Source of the DNA: Gammaproteobacteria bacterium | GTDB taxonomy: Bacteria; Pseudomonadota; Gammaproteobacteria; UBA4575 | NCBI GenBank assembly: GCA_965205275.1 | Contig: OZ242168.1 | Coordinates: forward strand, 991,291 to 1,055,290 | Reading direction: 5' to 3' | Length of the DNA stretch: 64,000 nt | In this document: one piece after another, positions 10,706 to 20,477 of the stretch | How positions within the stretch are numbered: position 1 is the first letter of the stretch | Layout of the letters: each line of letters starts with the position of its first letter | Translations under genes and position numbers: made by a program | The notes under the pieces: generated by a model | Told to the model about the DNA's origin: nothing | The model's input: only the letters and a program-made list of their open reading frames with translations | The model's database searches: none

Positions 10706-11427
10706 CACAGCTGGCGGTGATGCAACCGACTTTTCTGCCATGGATTGGTTATTTTGCGATGATGGATCGTGTGGATCTCTTTGTATTCCTGGATGACGTC
10801 CAGTGTTCGAGGCAAAGCTGGCAAACTCGTAACCGGATCAAAACTGCGCAAGGAACATTGATCTTGACAGTACCATGCAAACGGGGCCTGAACTCCATTG
10901 CCAGTACGCCTATTGATAATTCTGGATTTCACCAAAAACTGATGTGCACGATCAAGCAATCTTACGCAAAGGCACCCTGCAAGGAGGAAGTGATTGCACT
11001 GCTGGAGCGGGTTTTTGGGCAACAGCACACCACGCTTGGAAATCTGAATCGTAGGCTGATAGACGAGATTGCAGGCACACTTGGGATCAATACGCCTCGA
11101 ATCGCTACGTCTGAACTTGATTTGCCACCGACTGGAAAGGGAGAACGATTGCTACAGATTTGCACAGAACTGGGCGCTGACACTTATCTCTCCCCACAAG
11201 GTGCGCTGGACTATTTACAGCATTCTAATCCGTTTGAATCAGGCCCGACAAAATTACGTTTTTTTGCGTTCAAACATCCCGAGTATGCGCAACTGCACGG
11301 CACCTTTGAACCTTACATGTCAGTGGTTGATGCGCTTGCCAATATCGGCGTGGCTAAAACCATGAGCCTGATGCGCTCAGGTGTGATGCCTGACCTGACT
11401 ATCTCCGAACTGACTGCCCAGGCATAG
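10702..11427 (+). CDS. WbqC family protein
   Basis: MQPTFLPWIGYF, FLDDVQ, WQTRNRIK motifs. Confidence 0.88.
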   Translation: MTQLAVMQPTFLPWIGYFAMMDRVDLFVFLDDVQCSRQSWQTRNRIKTAQGTLILTVPCKRGLNSIASTPIDNSGFHQKLMCTIKQSYAKAPCKEEVIALLERVFGQQHTTLGNLNRRLIDEIAGTLGINTPRIATSELDLPPTGKGERLLQICTELGADTYLSPQGALDYLQHSNPFESGPTKLRFFAFKHPEYAQLHGTFEPYMSVVDALANIGVAKTMSLMRSGVMPDLTISELTAQA

Positions 11428-12791
11428 TGAACTCTGTCGACGTACTTGTTGCAGGTGCCGGTTTCAACGGAATCTATGCGGCTTGGGGTCTTGCGCGCAG
11501 CGGTCTTCGAGTTGCTTTGGTCGATGCGAACAGTACGCTCGGCGGTAGTCTACGGGGCAGACATTGGAACGGTTACTGGCTTGACTCAGGCACACATAAT
11601 TTTGACCTTCGCACAGCGCTTGGCGAAGAGTTTTTCCTTGATATCCTGCGAAATGAAGCAGTAATCCTTGAAGATACAGATTGGGCATCGACAACCAAAT
11701 GCCACTGGTCATATGGTTTTGAGATGCCTGATCTCAGCGAGGACTATCCTGAGCTTGCTACCAAGGCGCTAGCCGAAATCAAGGATCTGATACCTAGATG
11801 CCCTACTGTCACCAGTGAATCAAAGTACATTACATGGTACGAAAAAACCTACGGTACCACCTTAAAACATGTATTCACGCCAATGATGCGTAAATTTACA
11901 GGTACCGAGCCTGCGGACTTCGCTGTGAATGCACGTCAAATACTTGCCATTTTTTCGCGCCCGAAGCTCGGTAGCGATGCACAAATGATCACACTAAAAC
12001 AAAGCGCGCAGTCTTGGGATGACCGACTTGGAGTAACTCTGCGTTCGGGGGACCTGCGTTTTGCCGGAAAAAATGCAAATAAAAAAATCTGCTATCCGGC
12101 TCACAAGGGCACGCAAGGTTTTTGCGATGCCGCCTCACAACGGCTCAATGAACTCGGCGTTGATTCATTACTCGAATCTCCAGTACGCTCCATTGAGCCC
12201 ACATATCAGGGAGTGACGGTTTGCGCTGGCGACAAAAGGATCAGCACACGGCATCTCCTGTGGACCTTGCCGCTTCCAGCATTAGCCAAGTTGATGGGCT
12301 ATACTAACAATGACGCACATGCCTCTACACCAGTCGGTATGGCAATATATGCTTTTGAGGTGGACCAAGCAGTAATTCTCGGACCCGACTACTTGCATGA
12401 TTTCAGTCCTAATCGTCTACCGTTTCGGTACAACCGCACAGGCATATATGGGAATCAGGTCAGGTCAGATGGTAGAACTGTGGTAATGGCCGAAGTACCT
12501 GCGCATCCTGCAAAACTTACTAATTTATTAAGATCAAAGATAGAAGAACAAGTATGGCAAGACATGTTGTCAACGGGATTTCTCGCGGCAGATGCAAAAC
12601 TGTACAGTGCCACCAGCTGGGGCTTGCCTGTTGTATTTCATATTCCAAATACTGGATGGCACCAGTCCAATTCTATACTTGAAAAAAGTGTACGAGATGA
12701 ATCAGGAAATATACATCACATAGATGCAGGCCGTGGTCGACTCGCTTTCATGCAGTATTTCAAAACCAACTTGAAGCCAGCCTTCGAATAG
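11427..12791 (+). CDS. FAD-dependent oxidoreductase (HemY/UDP-galactopyranose mutase-like superfamily)
   Basis: VLVAGAGFNG Rossmann start, LGG motif, DSGTH; coupled to wbqC. Confidence 0.7.
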   Translation: MNSVDVLVAGAGFNGIYAAWGLARSGLRVALVDANSTLGGSLRGRHWNGYWLDSGTHNFDLRTALGEEFFLDILRNEAVILEDTDWASTTKCHWSYGFEMPDLSEDYPELATKALAEIKDLIPRCPTVTSESKYITWYEKTYGTTLKHVFTPMMRKFTGTEPADFAVNARQILAIFSRPKLGSDAQMITLKQSAQSWDDRLGVTLRSGDLRFAGKNANKKICYPAHKGTQGFCDAASQRLNELGVDSLLESPVRSIEPTYQGVTVCAGDKRISTRHLLWTLPLPALAKLMGYTNNDAHASTPVGMAIYAFEVDQAVILGPDYLHDFSPNRLPFRYNRTGIYGNQVRSDGRTVVMAEVPAHPAKLTNLLRSKIEEQVWQDMLSTGFLAADAKLYSATSWGLPVVFHIPNTGWHQSNSILEKSVRDESGNIHHIDAGRGRLAFMQYFKTNLKPAFE

Positions 12792-13135
12792 AGCCGGAAA
12801 TGAGAACACCCGTGTCGTGCCATTGGCACACACGAAAAAGCCTGTTACGCAGTGCACACCATAAGGTCGTGCGCTGCCGCACTCCTCCTTAGGCAATCCT
12901 AGCGATTGCGTAGCCTAGCTTCAGCTCCTTCTTCACGATACAGATGTGGTATCGTGCAGCTTGGTCAGCTGTGCACATTTCTTGCTGAGGGCAATCACTT
13001 CTGAAGTGGTCTCAACCAAACTGTGAACGTACCGGATGACTTCTTCGGGGCTCGTTATCTGAATTTGTGATGTATGAGGGTGTTTGCTTACATCGCCAAG
13101 TTGAAAAATCGCTGAGAAGCTGAATTACTACCTTC

Positions 13136-13774
13136 ATGAATGACCAACTAATTACACATTACCAGACCTTGTTGAAGAAATACGGTGCCAGTTCTCAAGC
13201 TGTACAATACCGCGACAAGGAATCGCATTTTTCTAGATTCAAAATGCTTGCACGCATATCGTCAGAGATACACTCTCTCCTTGACATCGGATGTGGTTTG
13301 GCGGACTTCTATCATTTTCTTTGTTCGCAAGGGTTTGACGGCAAATACCTTGGTCTCGATTTTGTTCCAGAATTTGTCACACTTGCTAACGAATCTATTG
13401 CAGCAAATCCGAACGCCGAAGTACGATTACTTGACGTAAGTTCAGGAACACTACCCACAGGATTCGACTATGGGTTTGTCTCGGGTGTATTCAATAACCG
13501 TAGTCAGGATTCTTCTAAATTTATCTATGAAACACTCGAGCGGCTCTGGAACGCGTGTGAAAAAGGTATTGCGTTTAATGTCCTTTCGACATTCGTTGAC
13601 TACCTTGATGAGGATCTTTTCTACGTCAACCCATTGGAAGTTTTTGAATTTTTAAAATGTAAGCTTGGTGGGCATGTTGTCATGTACCATGACTATGTTG
13701 TCAACACTGGAGGATACCCTTACGAAGTTACCTTTCACGTGTACAAGCATCCCCGTACAGCTGACGAGCATTAA
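13136..13774 (+). CDS. Class I SAM-dependent methyltransferase
   Basis: LLDIGCGLAD, YLGLD, SGVFN, GIAFNVLS. Confidence 0.82.
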   Translation: MNDQLITHYQTLLKKYGASSQAVQYRDKESHFSRFKMLARISSEIHSLLDIGCGLADFYHFLCSQGFDGKYLGLDFVPEFVTLANESIAANPNAEVRLLDVSSGTLPTGFDYGFVSGVFNNRSQDSSKFIYETLERLWNACEKGIAFNVLSTFVDYLDEDLFYVNPLEVFEFLKCKLGGHVVMYHDYVVNTGGYPYEVTFHVYKHPRTADEH

Positions 13775-13893
13775 TTAGTTGATCCTGAATAACCCGGTTT
13801 TTCAAGCTGTTACACCACTCGCTCGGTTGCAATGCATGCTGGACTAAACAAGCGCAGGCAAAACCTCTTCCCTATGTACTGTAAACCAGTGTT

Positions 13894-14334
13894 CTAGAAA
13901 GGAATATCATCATCAAAATCATCAGAGGATGAGCTTGCGGCAGCTTGTTCCGGCTCCGGCCGTGACGGGGCTTCTTGCATCATGCCCGCACCGCTACCTT
14001 TACTACCCAGCATCTGCATCTCGTTGGCAACTATTTCGGTGGTATAACGATCACCGCCGCTTTGATCCTGCCACTTACGGGTCTGCAATCGTCCTTCTAT
14101 ATAAACCTGTGAGCCCTTCCTTAAATATTCACCTGCAATTTCTGCCAGCCTGCGAAAAAACACCACACGGTGCCATTCGGTTCTCTCTACTTTTTCGCCC
14201 GAATTCTTGTCATTCCAGGATTCAGTCGTGGCTACACTGATGTTGCACACGGCTTGACCGCTTGGCGTGTACTTCACCTCGGGGTCTTGCCCAAGATGAC
14301 CGATCAATATAGCTTTGTTTATGCCTCTTGCCAT
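13894..14334 (-). CDS. ssb: Single-stranded DNA-binding protein
   Basis: [19 protein letters not shown]; acidic DFDDDIPF tail. Confidence 0.98.
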   Translation of the reverse strand: MARGINKAILIGHLGQDPEVKYTPSGQAVCNISVATTESWNDKNSGEKVERTEWHRVVFFRRLAEIAGEYLRKGSQVYIEGRLQTRKWQDQSGGDRYTTEIVANEMQMLGSKGSGAGMMQEAPSRPEPEQAAASSSSDDFDDDIPF

Positions 14335-14535
14335 TTCGATTTCCTGTTAGATATGTGTAGATGCTGCAGTGTATTCTACGGAATAATGAAGCAGAACACA
14401 CGAAGAAGCCTCTATCTGTTCTTAATCTAATTCCCTGAAACTGCATGAGTATTAGGTATAGCTAAAAGCGCTGTAAAATCAAGGCAGCTGGACGCTTGGC
14501 TGGGCTTGCACCTTAGCTCGTCATGCCAAGAAGGT

Positions 14536-14836
14536 TGTCATGCCCCACTAAACTTGATCCAGGTTTAGGTGTAAAACTCTCATAATGGGTTTATATCAGG
14601 AGGGCATCATGCGCAAGCGATTCAAGGAAACGGAAATCATCAATTTACTGCGGGGCATTGAGGTCAAGATCAGTGGAGGCATGGGCCGCACGGAGATCAA
14701 GCGCTGCAAGAACCTGAGGAAGGAGAACTAGCGGTTAAGGAAGATTGTGGCGGATCTTGAGCTGGACAAGACCATTCTGAAGGAAGCCCTGGACTGCAGT
14801 GAGCGCCGTACCTGTCAGGTACTGAATCTGCCCCGC
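14536..14836 (+). mobile_element. IS3-family remnant (possible left end, internally deleted orfA, start of orfB)
   Basis: TGTCATGCCCC terminus; MRKRFKETEII...KEN*RLRKIVADLELDKTILKEAL; SERRTCQVLNLPR. Confidence 0.75.
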
Positions 14837-15294
14837 TTCCGAAGCAGACCACCCAAGTCGACTTGACCGATCACCGAGACCTTGGCGTCGCCCTGATAGA
14901 CCTGGGAACCCGGAGGGATGGCGGGTGTGAAGACGACTGCCGAATCGATGAAAGGCGGGTCACCGCCCGAGAACAAGCGTATGACATCCTTGACGACCAG
15001 TACTGCATCGAGGGTCTGACGATAAGGATTCCGGAATTCCTTCCAGACCCCAGATGCCAGAAGGATTTCCCAAAGCCCGTTTTCTTTGCCGCGCACTGGC
15101 TGGCTTCTAGCCTTAGCTTAAATTACTAACACTAGGCCATCAACGGCGACCAGCAAGTCGATCTGGTGGGAAGCAACATTGAAGTTCGCGAAAACAATCG
15201 TCTTACGGCCGGCTGCCGCGAGCACACGCTCGATCTCCAGCAACACGGATCGTTCGGATTCGTGTTTGACAGGATCGCCGATGCAGATTTCCAT
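14837..15294 (-). pseudogene. NERD-domain nuclease, nonsense-mutated and truncated
   Basis: QIDLLVAVDGLVLVI*AK...NPYRQ in one frame; TAA at 15118-15120 replaces the Glu of the ExK motif; cut at the IS3 junction. Confidence 0.75.
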
Positions 15295-15482
15295 TGCAGG
15301 TGCCCCGCGATGGTTCATGCCCGTGCATCCCCTGTCGTTTCGGACACCGATACGCCACGTGCTGTCCGCTGGACCCGGTCGTGGCCGGTTCAATTCCGCA
15401 GAAAGAAATCTCAAACCGCACCTGCGTCGCCAACTCCTCATCCTGAATTTGCACACACCATGTTATCTTGCGTGAAACAAAA

Positions 15483-16451
15483 TTATTGCGAGTGAGAACC
15501 AATATGTTTTGTTTTCTCTTCACCCACTTTCTCTTCTGACTCCCGCTGTTCTTCTGAACTTTCCTTCTCGTCCTTGTCTCCGAATACCTTAGAAAACTGC
15601 TTCAATGCGTGCTCAAGACCAGAAGGGCCGCTCTTGAACCCAAGCCACATATAAAATCCCACCAAGCCTGCTAAGGTAAGCGTTACCCCAGCGAGCGTAA
15701 CGTAGGCCAAAACATACCGCTCAGTCTTTTCTGCGTGCGTCAGAACAATTCTCAACAACTCCGGATACATCAAAATCAATGTACCGCAAAGTAAAGCTCC
15801 CACTAATCTCGGCATAGGCCTTGTTCTCCTGCCAGTTTGTTCACCTTCTATCCACCAGCCTTCATAAGATGTCCAACGAAGAATAACATTGATATCCCGC
15901 TGTCCCCTGCTTGGACCTTGGTATCCGAACCATGGTTTCACCAATTGCAAATTGACTCTGGAAACTCGGTCCAGGCTTCGGAGTTGGATTTTAAATCTCG
16001 GGCTTGCTTTGGTAAACCTGTACTTATTCTTCTTTTCCAGCACGAAGCCAGGTTCAAAGCTAACATGGTATGGAATCCATCCAATCACACTATCGATGAT
16101 GCTCGTTCCTACCCAACAAAGCCATCCCTGTAATCTGGCGCAACATAACTTCAACTCCTCTTGTAGCTTCATGGCTGCATTTGCATTCCTGCCTTTAATC
16201 GCTTGTCCTGCGATATCGTAACCACTTGCATCCATCGTATTCCCCGATTTCCACAAGATGGCCCCGATCCCGCTTTTCGCCGCATTCGCACCAGTGGATT
16301 CCAATTTCCCGAGGCCCCAGCCTTTGATTGTCTTTTTTGACCCAACCAACCGCCGAAGCGGCTCCCACAGGTAGCACAGAGTACCCGCTTTCGCGATCCC
16401 TGACCCTACAGCATCGACCGGCAACCATGCACGGTTGCAGACGCCGGACAC
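15483..16451 (-). CDS. Hypothetical membrane protein (two C-terminal TM segments, charged tail); start uncertain
   Basis: Long ORF with hydrophobic LVGALLCGTLILMY and YVLAYVTLAGVTLTLAGLVGFYMWLGF segments. Confidence 0.45.
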   Translation of the reverse strand: MSGVCNRAWLPVDAVGSGIAKAGTLCYLWEPLRRLVGSKKTIKGWGLGKLESTGANAAKSGIGAILWKSGNTMDASGYDIAGQAIKGRNANAAMKLQEELKLCCARLQGWLCWVGTSIIDSVIGWIPYHVSFEPGFVLEKKNKYRFTKASPRFKIQLRSLDRVSRVNLQLVKPWFGYQGPSRGQRDINVILRWTSYEGWWIEGEQTGRRTRPMPRLVGALLCGTLILMYPELLRIVLTHAEKTERYVLAYVTLAGVTLTLAGLVGFYMWLGFKSGPSGLEHALKQFSKVFGDKDEKESSEEQRESEEKVGEEKTKHIGSHSQ

Positions 16452-16565
16452 TCGCGCGTATATACATCGATCACCGTCAGTACCCGCAGCCTGGAGCCCC
16501 CATGCAGCCGATCCGCCACAAAATCCATTGCCCAGGACTTATTACGACTCCTCGCCCAAGTCTGA
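16440..16565 (-). mobile_element. IS3-family transposase rve core fragment
   Basis: RNKSWAMDFVADRLHGGSRLRVLTVIDVYTREC. Confidence 0.8.
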
Positions 16566-16588
16566 ACAAAGTTAATTACCCTCTGCAA

Positions 16589-16987
16589 TCAACTTCGTAG
16601 TCGTAATCGAAACCAGCTAGAAAGCTCAGGCTCACCGATACGCCCAGCCGCCACGTCCTCTACAACACGAACCGCATCCTGTGGGTCGAATACGAGATTA
16701 CAACCGTTATCAGCCAGAAACACACGTGCCGTGACCCAGGCGGTACGCTTGTTGCCGTCTATGAAGCCGTGGTTCATGGCAAGGCCGTAGAGATAGGCCG
16801 CCGCCAATTCAGCAGCATCGGGATTGCCGTAGGTCGCGAGATTGACTGGTCGGGCCAGAGCAGATTCGATGGCTCCCAGATCACGAATGCCGTCTCCCCC
16901 ACCATGTTCGGCAATCTGGCGGTCATGGATTCCCATGACGACGCTTGACGCAACCCAGAGCCACGGACCCGAAGTCTCGACAGTCAC
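16589..16987 (-). CDS. doc: Death-on-curing (Doc, Fic family) toxin
   Basis: HGFIDGNKRTA motif; HGGGDGIRD..IESALARP. Confidence 0.92.
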   Translation of the reverse strand: MTVETSGPWLWVASSVVMGIHDRQIAEHGGGDGIRDLGAIESALARPVNLATYGNPDAAELAAAYLYGLAMNHGFIDGNKRTAWVTARVFLADNGCNLVFDPQDAVRVVEDVAAGRIGEPELSSWFRLRLRS

Positions 16988-17211
16988 TTTGCCAGTGCTC
17001 GCAGCACCTCACGGTCGTCATGCATGACCTCTTCGGCAAGCGCCATCTGGCGGGTAAACTCTGGAGAATAAGGGGTAAGCCGATAGCCACCATCGGCTGT
17101 CTCGGTCAGATAAAGGGTATCCCCTTTCTTGACTCTGAGCCGTGCCATCGCCTCTTTGGTGAGGATGATACCGGAAGATGCGCCGACGGTTGTAATCTTG
17201 AAGGAAAGCAT
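16984..17211 (-). CDS. AbrB/MazE-type antitoxin
   Basis: KITTVGASSGIILTKE swapped-hairpin start; overlaps doc. Confidence 0.88.
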   Translation of the reverse strand: MLSFKITTVGASSGIILTKEAMARLRVKKGDTLYLTETADGGYRLTPYSPEFTRQMALAEEVMHDDREVLRALAK

Positions 17212-17223
17212 ACTATTCTCCTG

Positions 17224-17247
17224 TCTATATAATATTCATTATATAGA
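17224..17247. promoter_or_regulatory. Putative antitoxin operator palindrome
   Basis: TCTATATAAT-attc-ATTATATAGA, 12 bp upstream of the antitoxin start. Confidence 0.65.
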
Positions 17248-17372
17248 TATCGCTCGCCTGGCTCCACCCTTACGTTTGGTTCAGGTGTACCGCCTTATGG
17301 CAAAACCCAAAGATACGCTGGATTCCATATCGCAAGGACTCTATTTCTCTAGTTCAGAAAAAGGCATTTGTA

Positions 17373-17579
17373 CAATTCTCAAGTCTACGCGCAAAATTTA
17401 TGGTGCGTAGTATATTAATGTTGTACGTGCAATACCAAAAGCTATGCCTGTCCACCGCTGACTTATTGCACTTACTATTAAGTTGGGGCTACTAACAGAT
17501 TGTTTTTCGAAATGTAGTGCTCCAGATATATCACCTAACCTCGATACCGCCCTGGGCTAACAGAGTATGTAGCAGGTTT
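17373..17579 (+). repeat. Diverged ~207-bp direct repeat, copy 1
   Basis: Manual alignment with 20214-20419 gives about 77% identity. Confidence 0.9.
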
Positions 17580-17779
17580 GTCCAGGTTCAGAAACATGTT
17601 TTGTTGGCCAAGTTACAGCATTGCCTTCTCGCATTATTATCAGAAGCCTCGCACTTGAAAAATAGCCGCGTTCAAATGATATTGATTTCGACAAAGGGTG
17701 GCAGAGTTCAATAATGAAAGCTAAACAGCTGTCAGATGTAGCTGATCGTTGGAGATAAATTTCACTTACATTAAGTCAC

Positions 17780-18649
17780 TCAACGCATGAGTGAATGTAT
17801 CAATTGTTCCGAACAGCCAGCAATCCACCGGCTTTGACCGGCAGTGGCCGTATTTATTTTCTTGATAAGCCAGTCTGCCTCTCGGCCAAGCAATGCTAAA
17901 GTTTCCCTATCTGGATTGGGCGATGGTACAACGACCACATCGTGAGCGATAGGAAGGCAGCCTTGCTCGTTGTTTTTAAGCTTGAAAATGGTAGTGCCAT
18001 GACTTCCAATCACGAAGCTTCTTTTTGGGATACCAATAACACCAATCCGCAAACCGGTCTTCCTGCAAAAATTTTCCTCCTCCTGGGCAAGACGGCTTTC
18101 ATCCCCAGCAGCGAATCTTGCATCGACATTATGTTCAACTTTTTGCGTCAGTCTTACAGCTTCTATATCTTGGTAAAGCGAATCCTTGTCAGGAAGCGAA
18201 TAGCCTAGTTGTTCGGCCCGTTCTTTTGCTACTTCATAGTACGTGTCTTCAAAATCTTTACTGGCCATAATGCGCTCTTGAGATTCGGGAGTCCTCCGCG
18301 CCATAGAAAATATAAACCGTTTGAAAATGTTGGAGTCTTCTTCAGAAAGTTTGGGACATTTTTTGCTTTGAGCCTTTCTTATTATTTCCTGAACAACAGG
18401 AGCAGCTACACTTTCAAGCTTTTGAAATGCCTTCTCATACTTATAGTCTTTCCTAGTCAAATCGCCTGTATTAGCATCCAAGGTATTGCTAGTGTATAGG
18501 TTCTTAGTCACGAAATTACGACGTGGGATGGTTCTCCGAATCTTATCCGTTTCTCTATCCCCCACCCAGAAGCAACCTTCACTATCACAAAAATTTCTGA
18601 GCAAAAATTGCGGAACGTAATGCTATCGTTTCGGATCATTGGAACTCAT
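17780..18649 (-). pseudogene. DUF4238-domain protein with nonsense codon at position 9
   Basis: RBS GGAGG, then MSSNDPKR*HYVPQFLLRNF (HYVP signature); rest of frame open. Confidence 0.75.
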
Positions 18650-18757
18650 CCGATTTTACCCCTCCAGTTAATATCCTCAGATTCACATTGCACCGCTTTG
18701 AAAATTCGATTGCCGAACCCAAACCAATAGGAAACGGCTTGTTAAGTTGCCTATATA

Positions 18758-20158
18758 TCACGTCCAGACTTCTTGCCATGCCGCAAACTCGGACGGCCTG
18801 ATCCTGTAGCGTGCGAAATTTCCCTCGTGCAGACTCAGAAGTTCCCTCTCAGCAATACCACGAAACCGATCACGTTCTTGCTGTTCGATATGCTCCTGTG
18901 CCCACCTGCTGACATAGACAGTAGCTTGCCTCTTGTCCATGCCCCCGCGAACGACCGCGCTGACAACTTTGCGCAGCATCGTCCGATGCCGCATCCGAAA
19001 CGGATCAGGGTCGACCAGCGATTGTCTTACCGCAACATAACGGGCGGCGGATCGTTTATATGCCCAGATGAACACATCACGAAATAACTCGATCCGGTTC
19101 ATCTCATACACGCCGAGCAAAGCTTCAGTATAAATATTTCGCGGCACGTCTTCGAAAGACAACGGCGATAAATTCGCCTTGATCAGCGGTATATTCGCGG
19201 AGAGTCGCGACACACGTTTGTTGACATCGTCGAACGGCTGCAAATAGGGAAGCTGCACCATAACGAAGAAAGCCTGCTCAAACGGGTCAATGATCGCTGA
19301 GGCGGTGGCAAGAATCTGATCGAAGCACTCTTCAATGAGTTGCGGCACTCCCAGCGGATGGAAAACTGAGCGTCCGATACCGACATCAATATGCCGCAAC
19401 CGGCCCGCCGCGTCCGGGTCTGCAAGCAGGTTGCCCGCTAGTAACGCGTGAAGGCTTAGAATGGTGTGGCGATTGAAGCATATATCCTCTGCCGCGCCGA
19501 CCAGAAACTCGATTGCGTCCTTGTGGTTAAGAATCATCTGTGCTTCGAATAACTCCTTCCCTTCTGCTTCTTCGCCAACATCAATCAGATGTTTTGTATC
19601 AAGCAACGAATAGGTATTTCCCTCAAGACGGCTGGAGTTCCAGGACAGATCAATCAGCAACTTTTCCAAAACCTGCCTGGCATAAGTCCCAGCAGGCTGT
19701 TCGGCGATCTTCGGCCTGCCGACCTCGTGGAGAAGTGCCCGCTCCTCCTGCGATAAATAGAAGGTATCGTTGGGCCGATACAAATCGAGGAACGCGCGGC
19801 TATAGCCAACCGGTTTGCGCTCCTCGAGTGACTGGCTGACATACTCCTGAATCTCGGCACCAGCCTCAGACAGCGATGGCAAAACTTCGAGCCGTACACT
19901 CAACGTAGCCTTTGCATCTGCGCCGAATCTTACCGCTAGCGGGACCACTCGTGGCATGCGGTAGCGAGCCCAGCGGCCGGCACCCTCCATGACCAAGCGC
20001 TTACTATCGACTAGGGACTTGAGGCGATATTGCAGAGTCCGGCGCGGCGGTGCAGACTCCAATACATCGTTGATCTGCTGTGCAGTCATGCCTTCCGGTT
20101 GCTGCCGCACAGCAGCTTCGATCATCTGCAAAGCCTCTTCTTGAATGTGCCTGACCAC
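18758..20158 (-). CDS. Fic family protein with N-terminal HTH
   Basis: SWNSSRLEGNTY; Fic-like QPFDDVNKRVSR; PRRTLQYRLKSL HTH. Confidence 0.88.
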   Translation of the reverse strand: MVRHIQEEALQMIEAAVRQQPEGMTAQQINDVLESAPPRRTLQYRLKSLVDSKRLVMEGAGRWARYRMPRVVPLAVRFGADAKATLSVRLEVLPSLSEAGAEIQEYVSQSLEERKPVGYSRAFLDLYRPNDTFYLSQEERALLHEVGRPKIAEQPAGTYARQVLEKLLIDLSWNSSRLEGNTYSLLDTKHLIDVGEEAEGKELFEAQMILNHKDAIEFLVGAAEDICFNRHTILSLHALLAGNLLADPDAAGRLRHIDVGIGRSVFHPLGVPQLIEECFDQILATASAIIDPFEQAFFVMVQLPYLQPFDDVNKRVSRLSANIPLIKANLSPLSFEDVPRNIYTEALLGVYEMNRIELFRDVFIWAYKRSAARYVAVRQSLVDPDPFRMRHRTMLRKVVSAVVRGGMDKRQATVYVSRWAQEHIEQQERDRFRGIAERELLSLHEGNFARYRIRPSEFAAWQEVWT

Positions 20159-20213
20159 CTTGCTACTCCAAATCGCATGTACTGCTATACGCGCAATTTA
20201 AGATATGTATACG

Positions 20214-20419
20214 CAACTTTCAAGCCTACGCGCAATATTTATGGCGCGTAGAACATCAATATTGCGCATACGATGCTGGAAGCTATGCATGTCGGCTGCT
20301 AACTTATTGTATTTACTACAAGCCAGGGCCACTAGCAGATTGTTTTTCGAAATTCGATATTCCAAGTATGTGGCCTAACCTCGATACCGCCTTGAGCTAA
20401 CGAAGTGTGTAGCAGGTTT
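20214..20419 (+). repeat. Diverged ~207-bp direct repeat, copy 2
   Basis: Shares CAGATTGTTTTTCGAAAT, CCTAACCTCGATACCGCC and GTAGCAGGTTT exactly with copy 1. Confidence 0.9.
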
Positions 20420-20477
20420 TGCGCTCAGGATGGGTTAACACGTATATTAAGTGGTTTAGCCAGTTACGATTGAAATA

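Noticed and set aside
17373-20419. Integron attC sites (GTTAGGY on the minus strand of both repeat copies)
   Set aside because: No matching inverse core with the L/R hairpin architecture, and no IntI in the window
14335-20477. LexA SOS boxes for ssb and uvrA
   Set aside because: No CTGT-N8-ACAG seen near either start; the nearest candidate at 14471 has wrong spacing
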